From assembly GCA_963841015.1 (NCBI GenBank), contig CAWJAX010000004.1, positions 32,001-96,000 on the forward strand: 64,000 bases of DNA. Direction: 5' to 3'. A program made the position numbers and the translations under genes. This DNA is from an uncultured Methanoregulaceae archaeon (GTDB taxonomy: Archaea; Halobacteriota; Methanomicrobia; Methanomicrobiales; Methanospirillaceae). Of the stretch, positions 32,689 to 43,055 are shown piece after piece. Within the stretch, counting starts at the first letter, position 1. Every line of letters begins with the position of its first letter. The notes beneath the pieces are model-generated. The model worked only from the letters and a program-made list of their open reading frames with translations. It had not been told where the DNA came from and did no database searches.

Positions 32689-33446
32689 TCCTGCGGTCGC
32701 TGATTGAACCACTCTATGAGAGGTACCTGAAGATGCAGTTCCAGCGTGTGCCCAACCATATAGCCATCATCCAGGATGGTAACCGGCGCTATGCAAAAAA
32801 ACTGGGGATCGACACTCCGAAGGGGCACCGTGCGGGAGCCGATAAAACTGAGGAAATGCTTGACTGGGCACATGAACTGGGCATTAAACATATCACATTA
32901 TACACGTTCTCCACGGAAAATTTCTCACGAAACAAAGAGGAAGTCGACCATCTCTTTGCCCTGTTCCGTGAAAAGTTCATTTCAGTCCTGAACGACGAGC
33001 GTGTTAAGAGATACAGGATTCGTGTCCAGATGGTGGGAGACCGTTCACTCCTCCCCCCGGAATTAAAGGAAGCCGTGGATGCAGCAGAAGAGGCAACAAA
33101 GGACAATACGGGATTCAATCTCAATATTGCCCTTGCCTACGGGGGAAGAAACGAGATCGTGCTCGCTGCCAGAGAAATACTTGCCGATATCGAGCATAAT
33201 AAGGTCGCGCCCGGGCGGATCGATGCTGCAATGGTGGAAGAACACATTCATGGGGGCAAAGGGATCCCCCCGGTTGACCTTATCATCAGGACAGGAAACG
33301 AGTGCCGCACGTCAAACTTCCTCCCCTGGCTCGCCAACGGCCATGAATCCACAGTCTACTTTTGCGCCCCATACTGGCCCCTTTTCAGGAAAATCGACCT
33401 CATGCGTGCAATCCGCATCTACGACCAGCGCATGTCGGCGGGTTAG
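32685..33446 (+). CDS. uppS: cis-prenyltransferase, catalytic subunit
   Basis: HIAIIQDGNRR, FSTENF.R, AYGGR, IIRTG..RTSNFL; lacks a C-terminal RxG. Confidence 0.93.
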   Translation: MILRSLIEPLYERYLKMQFQRVPNHIAIIQDGNRRYAKKLGIDTPKGHRAGADKTEEMLDWAHELGIKHITLYTFSTENFSRNKEEVDHLFALFREKFISVLNDERVKRYRIRVQMVGDRSLLPPELKEAVDAAEEATKDNTGFNLNIALAYGGRNEIVLAAREILADIEHNKVAPGRIDAAMVEEHIHGGKGIPPVDLIIRTGNECRTSNFLPWLANGHESTVYFCAPYWPLFRKIDLMRAIRIYDQRMSAG

Positions 33447-33508
33447 CGTTTCTCTGGCAGGAAAAGATCGCGTACTATATTTCTCCCGGGGACAGATCAA
33501 CAGTAAGG

Positions 33509-34195
33509 ATGGCAGGAAAAAAAGAGAGCAGCACCCCGTGGCGTCAGATATCGATTGTGATCAGGGCTGATATCCTTGAGCAGGCCCGCCAGAAAAAAAT
33601 CGATGTCAGCGAGGCGTGTAACAGGACTCTTGCGGAGAGGCTGGGAATCGACTTCCGCCAGCAGAAGATTCCGGACGGAATCGTGTTGGAACCGGTAATC
33701 ATCGCAGCAAACGGAAAACCTGTATTGCCAGATCCTGTATCTCCTGAACCTGGAGTTTTGGCGGTCCCGGCAATCATCAACGCCGATGATCCCAAGGCGG
33801 CAAAAGCGTTGAAGTCACAGCATCCCCCCAAAGGAAAACCTGCACGGGACGCACTGGCACCTGCCCCTCTGCCGCCTCCTGCTCCGGAAAAAGAGATAGT
33901 ACCCCTCCGTGCACCCGCTTTGACGACAGGAAAAGCAAAAAATCCTGCACCCAGGAAGAAGAAGGATGATGCTGTGAAAAAGTTCTTCACTTCGATGATC
34001 CTCCGTGAAGATACCGAAGCTGCACATCTGGTAAAAGACGATATGTACTATTCGTTCGAACGCTGGTGCCGGGATCACCGCGTACTTCCGGTCCCTGATA
34101 AAAAATCTTTTTCTGTCACCTTAAAAAACCAGTTCGCTGTGAAGGAAAAGATGGTAAATGGGACCCCAACGTGGATTGGCATCAGGTTAAAGTAA
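33509..34195 (+). CDS. Putative two-domain DNA-binding protein (CcdA-like RHH, Pro-rich linker, winged helix)
   Basis: ISIVIRADILEQAR..IDVSEACN..L; C-terminal YYSFERWC..K.F..L..WIGIRLK. Confidence 0.6.
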   Translation: MAGKKESSTPWRQISIVIRADILEQARQKKIDVSEACNRTLAERLGIDFRQQKIPDGIVLEPVIIAANGKPVLPDPVSPEPGVLAVPAIINADDPKAAKALKSQHPPKGKPARDALAPAPLPPPAPEKEIVPLRAPALTTGKAKNPAPRKKKDDAVKKFFTSMILREDTEAAHLVKDDMYYSFERWCRDHRVLPVPDKKSFSVTLKNQFAVKEKMVNGTPTWIGIRLK

Positions 34196-34268
34196 AATTT
34201 TAATTTTCGTGAGGTGTAATGAAATGAGCGACCAGAAAAAAACAGGGTTCTCCCCCAAAATTAAACAC

Positions 34269-34898
34269 TCACTTCCCAAACCTGCGTATCCGTGACTGGT
34301 AATCCCGGAGAACCCGTAAGAAATCTACCTTCCTCAGGTATTTCCAGTTTACATCCGAAAAGAACAGCTCAGAATAAACCGACTGCCATATGAGGAAATC
34401 TGTCAGGTGGTCCCCACCGCTCTTGACAACAACATCAGGAGTGTACTTAAAGGTCAGGTAGGATTCAAGCATCTTCTCGTCCACATCTGACGGGTGAACG
34501 TGGTCCTCCGCCATCTTCCGTATACAATCGGTGATCTCCTCCTTCCCGCTTTTCCCGATCGCGATAACAACATCCATTCCACTGCCGGCAATCTCTTCCT
34601 TGTCCCTGATGTGGAGAACAAGACGGGCAATAGTGCTGATCTTCCGGATCTCAGGGAGGTATGCTTCCATCGCCGAGGGGTCGGAAGTGCTGATGTGGAA
34701 GGTTAAACCGCGGATGATAGTCTTTCCTGAAGGATGGGATTTTTCCACGTAGTTTGATATCTCGCTGCTCCATGACGTGATATTAACCAGGTTGGCGGGT
34801 GCATCCGCCATATCCTGCCCGCTGATCATGAAGCAGACATGCCCCGGCAACTCAGTAATCTGCCGTTTGAGCAAATATTCATAGAGCCAGTAAATCAT
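34269..34898 (-). CDS. Degenerate UppS-family protein (probable non-catalytic partner subunit)
   Basis: PDVVVKSG, LTDFLIWQSVYSEL, RDYQSRIRRFGK; no DGNRR motif. Confidence 0.85.
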   Translation of the reverse strand: MIYWLYEYLLKRQITELPGHVCFMISGQDMADAPANLVNITSWSSEISNYVEKSHPSGKTIIRGLTFHISTSDPSAMEAYLPEIRKISTIARLVLHIRDKEEIAGSGMDVVIAIGKSGKEEITDCIRKMAEDHVHPSDVDEKMLESYLTFKYTPDVVVKSGGDHLTDFLIWQSVYSELFFSDVNWKYLRKVDFLRVLRDYQSRIRRFGK

Positions 34899-35052
34899 CA
34901 GTACCCCAGAAACACCCGTAAAAATTATTCTATTATTTTTTATCTTTTGATTTGTTTATACCTTATAGTATTGCAACGATTTCCCTGATAGTGCAACCCT
35001 GATCCAAATCAATAAAGTCGTCAGGAGACTAAAACTAGTCAAGAGTACTCCT

Positions 35053-35727
35053 ATGCTGCCCTCCCTGCGGGAAGATTACCTGGAAGCCATCCAGCAGTTC
35101 TCAGAAAAAAATGCTCATTCCCCTCGCTACGCAGAGCTGGCGGTAATCCTTGGTAAACCCGAATCAGTGGTGAGTTCTGATATGAAAGACCTTGTTTCCA
35201 GCGGGGATGTCTCCATTATACGGGGGGAGGTGATAGAGCTCACCGGGCAGGGAAGACAAACCGGGGAAAGTGTCATAAAAAAACATGAGACACTCCAGTG
35301 TTTTTTGTCAGAGATTCTCGGTATGGATACCAGCTCTGCATCAGATGAGGCATGCACTCTTGAACATGCCGTATCTGATGAAACTATTGACCGTTTAGGC
35401 CAGTTAATTGTAAAACGGGATGGCCTGCGGCACTATGGGCGGGGAAGACACGGCAGGCAGATGAGTACCACCCAATACACCGAGAAGGATTATGACTGTC
35501 AATGTCCCAGCATTTCTGATTGTGCAGAGGGGGAAAACGTCATCATCCACTGTATTCATGGCAGGGCATGTGCAAAACGTCTCCTTGATCTTGGCATGGT
35601 ACCCGGGGAGCGTGCCTCAATTAAACGAAAATTATCCAATGGTGCTCTTGTTGTTCAGGTGAAAGGATGTGATGTCGCTCTGAGCCCCGAGATCGCTTCT
35701 GCAATCGGTGTGGAACGCTCATCATGA
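35053..35727 (+). CDS. DtxR/MntR-family metal-dependent regulator with FeoA domain
   Basis: EDYLEAI, KKHETL, EACTLEH; C-terminal RLLDLGMVPG. Confidence 0.9.
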   Translation: MLPSLREDYLEAIQQFSEKNAHSPRYAELAVILGKPESVVSSDMKDLVSSGDVSIIRGEVIELTGQGRQTGESVIKKHETLQCFLSEILGMDTSSASDEACTLEHAVSDETIDRLGQLIVKRDGLRHYGRGRHGRQMSTTQYTEKDYDCQCPSISDCAEGENVIIHCIHGRACAKRLLDLGMVPGERASIKRKLSNGALVVQVKGCDVALSPEIASAIGVERSS

Positions 35728-37574
35728 AGATCGCACTTCTGGGCAATCCCGGTGCAGGAAAATCCCTCATTTTCAACCAGCTCACCGGCCTTGGTATTGA
35801 AGTGAACCGCTATCCCGGATCCTCCGTTTGCCTGGAATGCGGGAATGTCTGTTATAAAAAAGAGAAGATCGAGATAGTTGACCTGCCCGGAATTTATTCC
35901 CTTGACGGGATCTCCGAAGAAGAAATACTGGTGCGGAAATTCCTTGAACAGGGGGGAGCAGATGTCATTGTCGCAGTTCTCGATGCCACAAAACTCGAGC
36001 GAAATCTCTACCTCTTCACCCAGGTGACTGAATTCTCACCAAAACTCATTGCCGTAGTCAACATGATTGACGAAGCAGAACGGCAGGGACTCATCATCGA
36101 TGTTGGTCAGCTTTCATCTCTTCTTGGAGTCACGGTTATTCTTACTGCTGCGTCTGAAGGAAGAGAGATTGACCGTATTCTTCCTCTTGCACTGGGTTCT
36201 GCAAGAGTTGCAACCCTGCAGGTGCCCTACGACCACCATATTGAGGCAGCACTCAACAGCCTCGAAAAAACTCTGGGAGCTCCCCGGTACAAGAGCCTGC
36301 TGGCCCTGCAGGGTACCGGAGATGAGAGGATACTGCTCGATGCTGCAGGAGCTGTCGCTCACGAGATCGAACTGCGCCACAGGATGTCGGTCCGCCAGAT
36401 CATTGCAACGAACCGCCATAATTTGTCCCGGAAGATTGCAGCTGCAGCAGTCAGGCAGGGAGATCGGAAAAAAACCTATGATCTGGACAGTCTCCTCACA
36501 AGGGTAATTCCCGGAGTCCCTATCCTTATAGCCATCCTCTTTTTTCTGCTCCTGTCCGTCTTTGTCATCGGTTCATGGATGCAGGAGCTGATCGTCCAGA
36601 CATTTACCACCTACATCATCCTGCCGTTTACCGCGTTGGAATTGCCGCCTTTAGCGGAGAGAATAGGATTTTCTGTCCTGATTGCACTGGAAGCCGGTTT
36701 CGGTATCGCATTCCCGTTCATCCTGACGTTTTATATCGGACTCTCACTGCTTGAAGATACGGGATACATGACCCGTGCTGCATTCCTTGCGGATCGTGCA
36801 ATGCACCGGCTCGGCCTTCACGGTGAGGCGATCATCCCCATGGTGATAGGGTTTGGATGCACGGTGCCTGCAGTTATGAGTTTGCGCATCTTAAAAACAC
36901 GCCGTGAACAGACCATCGCGGCATTTCTTATCAGCATGGTCCCCTGCTCTGCCAGGACGGTGGTAATTGCAGGTATTGTTGCTGCTTTTGTCGGGATTTT
37001 CTGGGCGTTTTCCATTTATGCTATCGTGTTTATTCTCATTATTCTCACAGCAGTCATACTGAGCCGCATCACCCCAGGAGAGCAGTTTGGCATGATCGTT
37101 GAGATGTCTGCCCTCCGCAGGCCCCAGGCTCGTCTGGTGCTGGCAAAATCCTGGCTCCGGATCAAAGAGTTCCTCTTCATAGCAATGCCGCTGTTGATCA
37201 TCACCAGTATAGGACTCGGGCTTCTCCAGTATTATGGTGTGACCGACGCCTTCGAGCAGCTGCTTGCTCCTGTAACGGTCACCCTTCTCGGGTTGCCTGA
37301 GTATGCATCAACAGCGCTGTTATTCGGCATCTTCAGAAAAGAACTCGCTTTTGAGACGCTCGCAGTCCTGTCCGGTACTGCTGACCTTGGTTCGGTGATG
37401 ACCGCTGGACAGCTCTATACCTTTGCTATCGTCAGTGTCCTTTTCATTCCCTGCATTTCCACGATTGCCGTTCTGTATCGCCAGCTGGGAGCACGAGTTG
37501 CCATTCTTATATCGGTGTATTCGGTTTTTCTGGGTTTAACAGTAGGAGCGATTATCAACATGCTGGTAAAATGA
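35724..37574 (+). CDS. feoB: Ferrous iron transporter B
   Basis: GNPGAGKS, DLPGIYSL, LERNLYL, LEDTGYM.R, GFGCTVPA, PCSAR. Confidence 0.95.
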   Translation: MKIALLGNPGAGKSLIFNQLTGLGIEVNRYPGSSVCLECGNVCYKKEKIEIVDLPGIYSLDGISEEEILVRKFLEQGGADVIVAVLDATKLERNLYLFTQVTEFSPKLIAVVNMIDEAERQGLIIDVGQLSSLLGVTVILTAASEGREIDRILPLALGSARVATLQVPYDHHIEAALNSLEKTLGAPRYKSLLALQGTGDERILLDAAGAVAHEIELRHRMSVRQIIATNRHNLSRKIAAAAVRQGDRKKTYDLDSLLTRVIPGVPILIAILFFLLLSVFVIGSWMQELIVQTFTTYIILPFTALELPPLAERIGFSVLIALEAGFGIAFPFILTFYIGLSLLEDTGYMTRAAFLADRAMHRLGLHGEAIIPMVIGFGCTVPAVMSLRILKTRREQTIAAFLISMVPCSARTVVIAGIVAAFVGIFWAFSIYAIVFILIILTAVILSRITPGEQFGMIVEMSALRRPQARLVLAKSWLRIKEFLFIAMPLLIITSIGLGLLQYYGVTDAFEQLLAPVTVTLLGLPEYASTALLFGIFRKELAFETLAVLSGTADLGSVMTAGQLYTFAIVSVLFIPCISTIAVLYRQLGARVAILISVYSVFLGLTVGAIINMLVK

Positions 37575-37730
37575 TCACCCGGTACATGTCATGGAATACA
37601 GCAGAAATGAAATCTATTGATCAGTTTACAACAGGTTTAAAAAAGGGGGGACCGGGGTAATGTTTTTATTAACCATATATCCTGCAGAGGGGGATGATTC
37701 ACCGGTCTGCCGGGGAGGGGGTGTGAAACG

Positions 37731-38480
37731 ATGCTGACATTTATCGGACTCGGGCTCTATGACAAAACTGATGTTTCAGAAAAAGGGCTCGCCAGTATCC
37801 GCAACGCTGACCACATCTTCCTTGAAACCTACACTTCACGGCTCATGGGCACATCATATGAAGAGCTCGCGGCATATTATGGAAAGCCTGTGCGCCTCCT
37901 CGGCCGTGAAGATGTAGAACAGCACCCCGACGAACTCCTGAACACAGCTGCGAGCCAGAACGTAGTATTTCTCTGTGCAGGAGATCCGATGATCTCCACA
38001 ACCCACGCAGATCTGCGGATGCGTGCCGCTTCACGGGGGATTAAGACTACAATCATTCATGCAGCATCCATCTCAAGTGCAGTCTGCGGTCTTTCCGGGC
38101 TCCAGAACTACCGGTTCGGGAAGTCCTGTTCAGTGCCCTTCCCGCAGAAAAACTGGTCCCCTACATCATCCATCGATGTCATCGCGCAGAACCTGTCTCT
38201 GCAATTGCACACGCTTGTGTATCTTGACATCCAGGATACAAGGTTCATGACAGTCCCTGAGGCAATCCTCCTTCTTGAAAGAATGGCAGAAGAAAAAAAA
38301 ATTCACCTGCCTCTCTATGTCGGTATTGCACGGGCAGGCTCGGATAATCCCCTGGTAAGAGCCGGGCCTGCAGCTGCCCTGAAACCGGTGAATTTCGGTC
38401 CACCACTTCATATCCTGATTGTCCCTGCTGACCTCCATGAAATGGAACGCGCTTACCTGGAGATGTTTGCTGGTTTATGA
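37731..38480 (+). CDS. dph5: Diphthine synthase
   Basis: [45 protein letters not shown]. Confidence 0.95.
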   Translation: MLTFIGLGLYDKTDVSEKGLASIRNADHIFLETYTSRLMGTSYEELAAYYGKPVRLLGREDVEQHPDELLNTAASQNVVFLCAGDPMISTTHADLRMRAASRGIKTTIIHAASISSAVCGLSGLQNYRFGKSCSVPFPQKNWSPTSSIDVIAQNLSLQLHTLVYLDIQDTRFMTVPEAILLLERMAEEKKIHLPLYVGIARAGSDNPLVRAGPAAALKPVNFGPPLHILIVPADLHEMERAYLEMFAGL

Positions 38481-39052
38481 AGATTACCGATTGCCAAATC
38501 CTGCTGACAACAACGCTCTCCAGGACAAAAAACTCAGCACCCGAGAGTACCCATTTCAACAAAACTGCAGCAATAGTCCTTGAAATGGCGGGTGCCTATG
38601 AAAGTGACGGGATCTCATTTTTTGCGTCCGGCGATCCCGTCAATGCGCTCGCAGGTTTTTATTACGGGTCTGGCTGGCTGCATTTTGGCTTGACATCCGG
38701 ACTGCTTGCGATCTCAACCTCTCCCGGGTGTCCTTTTTTGGAACAGCAGGAGGAACTCCAGCCACAGTTCAGGAAGAGACTTGAGGAGAAAGCGTATCGC
38801 TATGCACGTCTGCTGGATACTGCCCTGTCGTCAGTGAAATATGCCCCGGATCCTGCTACGATTAGTCATGGTTTCGCTGAGCGTATTCACTCTGTGGCTG
38901 TAGTGTATGCCAGACGTGGGAATTACTTCCTGAAATCCGGCTCTTTGGAAGATGCCCTTGCAAGTTTCAGTTATGGACATGGATGGCTTGATGCCGGGGT
39001 TACCGCAGGATTCTTCCACATACTGGCAGAGCGGGATCTCTTCACTGTCTAA
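38477..39052 (+). CDS. DUF357 protein (two repeats)
   Basis: Two Y..D/R..F..GD..ALA..YG.GWL units; coupled to dph5. Confidence 0.8.
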   Translation: MKITDCQILLTTTLSRTKNSAPESTHFNKTAAIVLEMAGAYESDGISFFASGDPVNALAGFYYGSGWLHFGLTSGLLAISTSPGCPFLEQQEELQPQFRKRLEEKAYRYARLLDTALSSVKYAPDPATISHGFAERIHSVAVVYARRGNYFLKSGSLEDALASFSYGHGWLDAGVTAGFFHILAERDLFTV

Positions 39053-39193
39053 ATGTGATGACTGACACGCTCCTGGCATCAGTCCCGCTGTCCGGACACA
39101 GATTCAAGTCATAAAAGCGTTTATACTATGTCTTAATAATCTGTAAAGATACCACGACCAAAAAATTGTGCTCTGTCTGACGAGGGAAAAACC

Positions 39194-40213
39194 ATGGAAA
39201 AGTCACAGGTAAAATGGCTCTACATTTCAATCGGGTTTTCCCTGCTTGTTTTAGTAATCATCCTGTTCCTCACCATCAATGAAAATACAATCCTGATTCT
39301 GAGGGAGATCAATCCAGTCTTCCTTCTTCTCGCATTCCTTGCCCATATACTTACGATGTGCTTCTGGGCATGGCGCATCCAGAAGATGTCCGGCTCGCTG
39401 GGATATCGTATCGGTTTTTTCTACAGCCTGAACCTTGTTTTTGCCAACCTGCTTATGGCAGCCATAACTCCCTCACAGGCGGGAGGAGAGCCGGTGAGAA
39501 TTCACGAACTCTACAGGGCTAACGTGCCACTTGGAGATGCAACTGCAATTGTAATCATGGAGAGGGTGCTGGATGGCATCGTTCTTGCCCTGCTTGCAGC
39601 TTTTGCGATGATTGTCCTTGCTGATCAGTGGAAAAGCCTGGGTGTAATCTCGCAGCTCATGGTTTTTATAACCTGGATCTTTGTAATAGGATGCCTGCTT
39701 CTCTTTTACCTTTCAACAAGGCGGCCGGACAAGGTAAAAAAGGTCGTCCACCGTATTGCTCGTTTCTTCACCCGTACCTGGGAGAGCCCCCGGGTGGAGG
39801 TATTCGTCGCGCGGACTGACAAGGAGATTGATAATTTCAATGAGGCAGTCATCAAGTTTGTGAAAAGTGCCAAAGGTGGACTTTTATGGGGATTTCTGTT
39901 TACCCTGCTCTACTGGATCTCAGAGATTTTAATTGCTTCTCTTATCCTCCTCGGGCTTGGGCAGCCACCGCTCATTCTTGAATCTTTTGTGATTCAGCTT
40001 GTTCTCACAATCCTGATGATGATCCCGCTCACTCCCGGCGCTTCCGGTATAGCTGAAGTGGGAGCCACATCGATGTATGCGCTGTTTATTCCCTCATCGA
40101 TAGTCGGGATATTCGTTGTCATCTGGCGGACGGTTCTCTTTTACTTTAATATTGCACTCGGAATTCTCTCAAGTTTCCTTATTGTGCGTCGTGAAGTAAA
40201 ATCCAAGAAATGA
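39194..40213 (+). CDS. Lysylphosphatidylglycerol synthase TM-region (flippase-like) protein
   Basis: TPSQAGGEP, ERVLD, TPGASGIAE, WR motifs. Confidence 0.85.
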   Translation: MEKSQVKWLYISIGFSLLVLVIILFLTINENTILILREINPVFLLLAFLAHILTMCFWAWRIQKMSGSLGYRIGFFYSLNLVFANLLMAAITPSQAGGEPVRIHELYRANVPLGDATAIVIMERVLDGIVLALLAAFAMIVLADQWKSLGVISQLMVFITWIFVIGCLLLFYLSTRRPDKVKKVVHRIARFFTRTWESPRVEVFVARTDKEIDNFNEAVIKFVKSAKGGLLWGFLFTLLYWISEILIASLILLGLGQPPLILESFVIQLVLTILMMIPLTPGASGIAEVGATSMYALFIPSSIVGIFVVIWRTVLFYFNIALGILSSFLIVRREVKSKK

Positions 40214-40272
40214 CGCATTTTTTTCCTGACCTTAACTCTTATCACTCATGACAGCAACCATTGTGAACAGAT

Positions 40273-40725
40273 ATGACGCAAATAAGGTGCGAAGTAAAAG
40301 GTGTCTTTGTCACCATGAATGATGCTACAACAGTCCCCCTTGTAGTACTGTCTGACGGGGGTGAACAAAGTCTTCCGATATTTATCGGGCTCTGGGAAGC
40401 AGTTTCCATCAATAGTGCGAAAAACAAAGAGGTTCTGTCAAGACCATTCACTCACGATCTTTTTTTGGATCTGATTGTAAAATTTTCCATATCTGTCCAT
40501 TATCTGCAGATTGACAGCATTGAGGATGGGGTTTATTATGCCCAGCTTGTGCTCTCGGCAGATCATCACAAGGAGTATCTTGACTGTCGTCCCAGCGATG
40601 GCATCGCCCTTGCGCTCCGGGCAGATGTTCCAATATTTGTTGATGAAAACGTACTTGCGTCAGCTGGCCAGAAAACGGCGGATCTCCCCCCCATGATTGA
40701 CCTGGCCACATTTTTAAGAAAATAA
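40273..40725 (+). CDS. Bifunctional nuclease family (DUF151)
   Basis: LPIFIG..EA, RPFTHDL, DCRPSDGIALALR. Confidence 0.9.
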   Translation: MTQIRCEVKGVFVTMNDATTVPLVVLSDGGEQSLPIFIGLWEAVSINSAKNKEVLSRPFTHDLFLDLIVKFSISVHYLQIDSIEDGVYYAQLVLSADHHKEYLDCRPSDGIALALRADVPIFVDENVLASAGQKTADLPPMIDLATFLRK

Positions 40726-40960
40726 TTACGAGCCATTTTCGATCCTGGGGAACCACCAATCATTCGATCCGGTTCACCCTTTTACTAGGTAATTTTTACG
40801 AGGGGCTTCCAGCTCAGGACCTGTCCGAGTCACGGCGGGCAGAGGTTTTTTTTGAATGGTTTGTTACTGATCCGCCGCGGGGGCAACCCTTCGGGGCGGG
40901 GGCAATTATCGTACAGGGAAGAGTGAAAAAAAATATCGTATCATAGCTGAATAGTTCAAT

Positions 40961-41222
40961 TTTCATGGGAAACGCTCAAGCTAAACGCTCAAGGGGGTTT
41001 CACCCCCGCCGCTGTGGCTCCCCCGATGCGATAAATCCCGAACAGGTGCTACCTCATCATCGCTCAGCGCAGGGGCGGCATGGGAGGACAGGCTCATGTC
41101 CCCTCCTTCATTCATACCAGCATCTTAAATTTCATATCCATGGAAAAGGAATTACCATGAAAGACCCACGATTATTCATCATGTTTGCCTGAGTCCGTGA
41201 CTCATGCTCGTTTCTACAGAGC
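40961..41222 (-). mobile_element. MITE-like repeat copy B (core 40961-41162 inverted) plus tail module
   Basis: Reverse complement of the core, bounded by TTTCATGG..CCATGAAA; tail TCATGCTCGTTTCTACAGAG is shared with copy D. Confidence 0.8.
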
Positions 41223-41294
41223 AAAAATTTTCGTTGATCCGCAACAGAGACCCCCCCTCAGGGGTTATGTAAAAAAAAATAAATTCTGCACTTC

Positions 41295-41600
41295 CTATTT
41301 CCGGCGCCGTGCAAGTTCCTGCATCACATCGGCAAGGTCTATGTCAGCTGCCCGCAACGCAACCAGAAGGTGAAAGATAAGATCAGACGCTTCCTCGATA
41401 GTACGCTCCTGCACACCATTTTTTACGGCTATAATAAATTCTGTTGATTCTTCGCCGACCTTTTCGAGCACCTTATCGATTCCCTTATCATCCGTGAGCA
41501 GGCGGCTTGTATAGGATTCCGGTGAGGGGGTTTTTGCCCTTTCTGCAATAACTGACCAGATTGTTGCGATAACCGCAGGATCAACCGTACTTTTCATCAT
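41295..41600 (-). CDS. hisE: Phosphoribosyl-ATP pyrophosphohydrolase
   Basis: SYTSRL, KVGEE, EASDLIFH, EL.RR. Confidence 0.93.
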   Translation of the reverse strand: MMKSTVDPAVIATIWSVIAERAKTPSPESYTSRLLTDDKGIDKVLEKVGEESTEFIIAVKNGVQERTIEEASDLIFHLLVALRAADIDLADVMQELARRRK

Positions 41601-42037
41601 TCCTCCTGTTCAAGGAGAACTTCCCCGACATCAAGCCCAAAGAATCTCCTTGAAAGGATACGCGCTTTTTCTATATTGCATCCAGCCTTTCCGATAGCGA
41701 TACCGAGGTCACTTCTCTGCTTCACAAACACATTCAATGGACCGTTTTCTGCATTCCGTTCAATACTCACCACTTCAGCGGGTTTGAAGATGTTGATAAT
41801 AAATTCCTCCGGTGTCTCCGCGTACTCCACCATCTCGATCCGCTTGCCAAGCACACTCTGAAGACGTTTGATATTATCCCCTTTTTTTCCAATCGCAAGA
41901 CCCATATCACCCTTGCGGATCACGTAGATCACCCGGTCAAAACGATCATCGATCACGCAGTCGAAGGCAGTGGATTTTGTCAGAATTCTTAATTCCTCAA
42001 TGTACCTTCGCTCTTTAAAGCCGATATTGCGTTCCAT
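41597..42037 (-). CDS. nusA: Archaeal NusA-like KH-domain protein
   Basis: Two KH motifs, GLAIGKKG.NI and GIAIGKAG.NI. Confidence 0.85.
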   Translation of the reverse strand: MERNIGFKERRYIEELRILTKSTAFDCVIDDRFDRVIYVIRKGDMGLAIGKKGDNIKRLQSVLGKRIEMVEYAETPEEFIINIFKPAEVVSIERNAENGPLNVFVKQRSDLGIAIGKAGCNIEKARILSRRFFGLDVGEVLLEQEE

Positions 42038-42184
42038 ATCAAAATCATTCCTATTGTATCCGCAATTTTTGGGATATTCGAAATTTTTTGCTGGCTATTT
42101 TTTCCGGAAAACCCGGACCATGCATTGTGCTTTATGAGATAATCACACGCTGCTTATGTAAAAAAGTTTTGAAGAGATCCTGCA

Positions 42185-42922
42185 TCATGAACGGATTGTA
42201 TACGTGACCGATACCTGTGCAGTCACGGTAATATCCCCGGGCTGTATCGGTGTTGGCGCTGCCGATTTTACCATAGCGTCACCAGCCTGGTAGTTTTCAA
42301 ACAGTACCGGGGAATACCCTCCGCTGATATCGGCATTTTTAACTCCGGTAACCGAGGTACCGAGGGCAGCTGCAACGGTGTCAGCATCTGCGCGGGCACG
42401 GGAAACAGCTTCTTCGAGAGCTGCGGTTCGGAGTACCTGAGCCTGTTCATCGGAAAGCAGAAACTGAATTGAATTTGCCTGGTTTACCCCGTTGGCCACA
42501 GCGATATCAATCACTTCACCGGTCCTGTTTACATCATGGAGCGTGACCGTCAGGGAGTTTGTCACATGGTACGTTCGGACTTTCTGGTCCAGGAGAGGTT
42601 TTGTGTAGTCATCATATACCAGATAAATTGAATACCCGGTCGTTTTGAGCGCATCTTTTGGCAGACCTGCGGAAACGAGTGCATCGATCACCTTTTTCAT
42701 CTGCGCAGCATTTGCCTGCTGTGCGACTTTTACATCCGGATTCTCGGTACCGACGGCAAACGTAATCTGAGCCCTGTCAGGAGTGCCGATCACATTTCCG
42801 CTTCCGGTCGAGTGAATCACATTTTCGTCACAGGTTGCGGTCGTTGCAGCTGTAACGCTTCCGATGCATGCCATTCCCAGAATGACCATGAAAAGAGTAA
42901 GGGAAAAGATCTTTTTCATCAT
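42185..42922 (-). CDS. SIMPL/DUF541 secreted protein
   Basis: Signal peptide; G.G.V..PD.A, AL..AV..ARA.A, PIQPG....A.V.V.Y. Confidence 0.85.
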   Translation of the reverse strand: MMKKIFSLTLFMVILGMACIGSVTAATTATCDENVIHSTGSGNVIGTPDRAQITFAVGTENPDVKVAQQANAAQMKKVIDALVSAGLPKDALKTTGYSIYLVYDDYTKPLLDQKVRTYHVTNSLTVTLHDVNRTGEVIDIAVANGVNQANSIQFLLSDEQAQVLRTAALEEAVSRARADADTVAAALGTSVTGVKNADISGGYSPVLFENYQAGDAMVKSAAPTPIQPGDITVTAQVSVTYTIRS

Positions 42923-43055
42923 TATTATCACTTGAACTTGTCTGGATTGGAGTTTAATGATTACCTTAACTACGAAAAAACTGGCAGTTATCGATGCAAA
43001 CCTGCTGACTCCCAAACTACAATATAATTGAGCACTTATAGTACCCCGATAAAGC

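Noticed and set aside
39055-39110. GTGATGA box-C-like motif after DUF357
   Set aside because: No properly spaced D', C' and D boxes.
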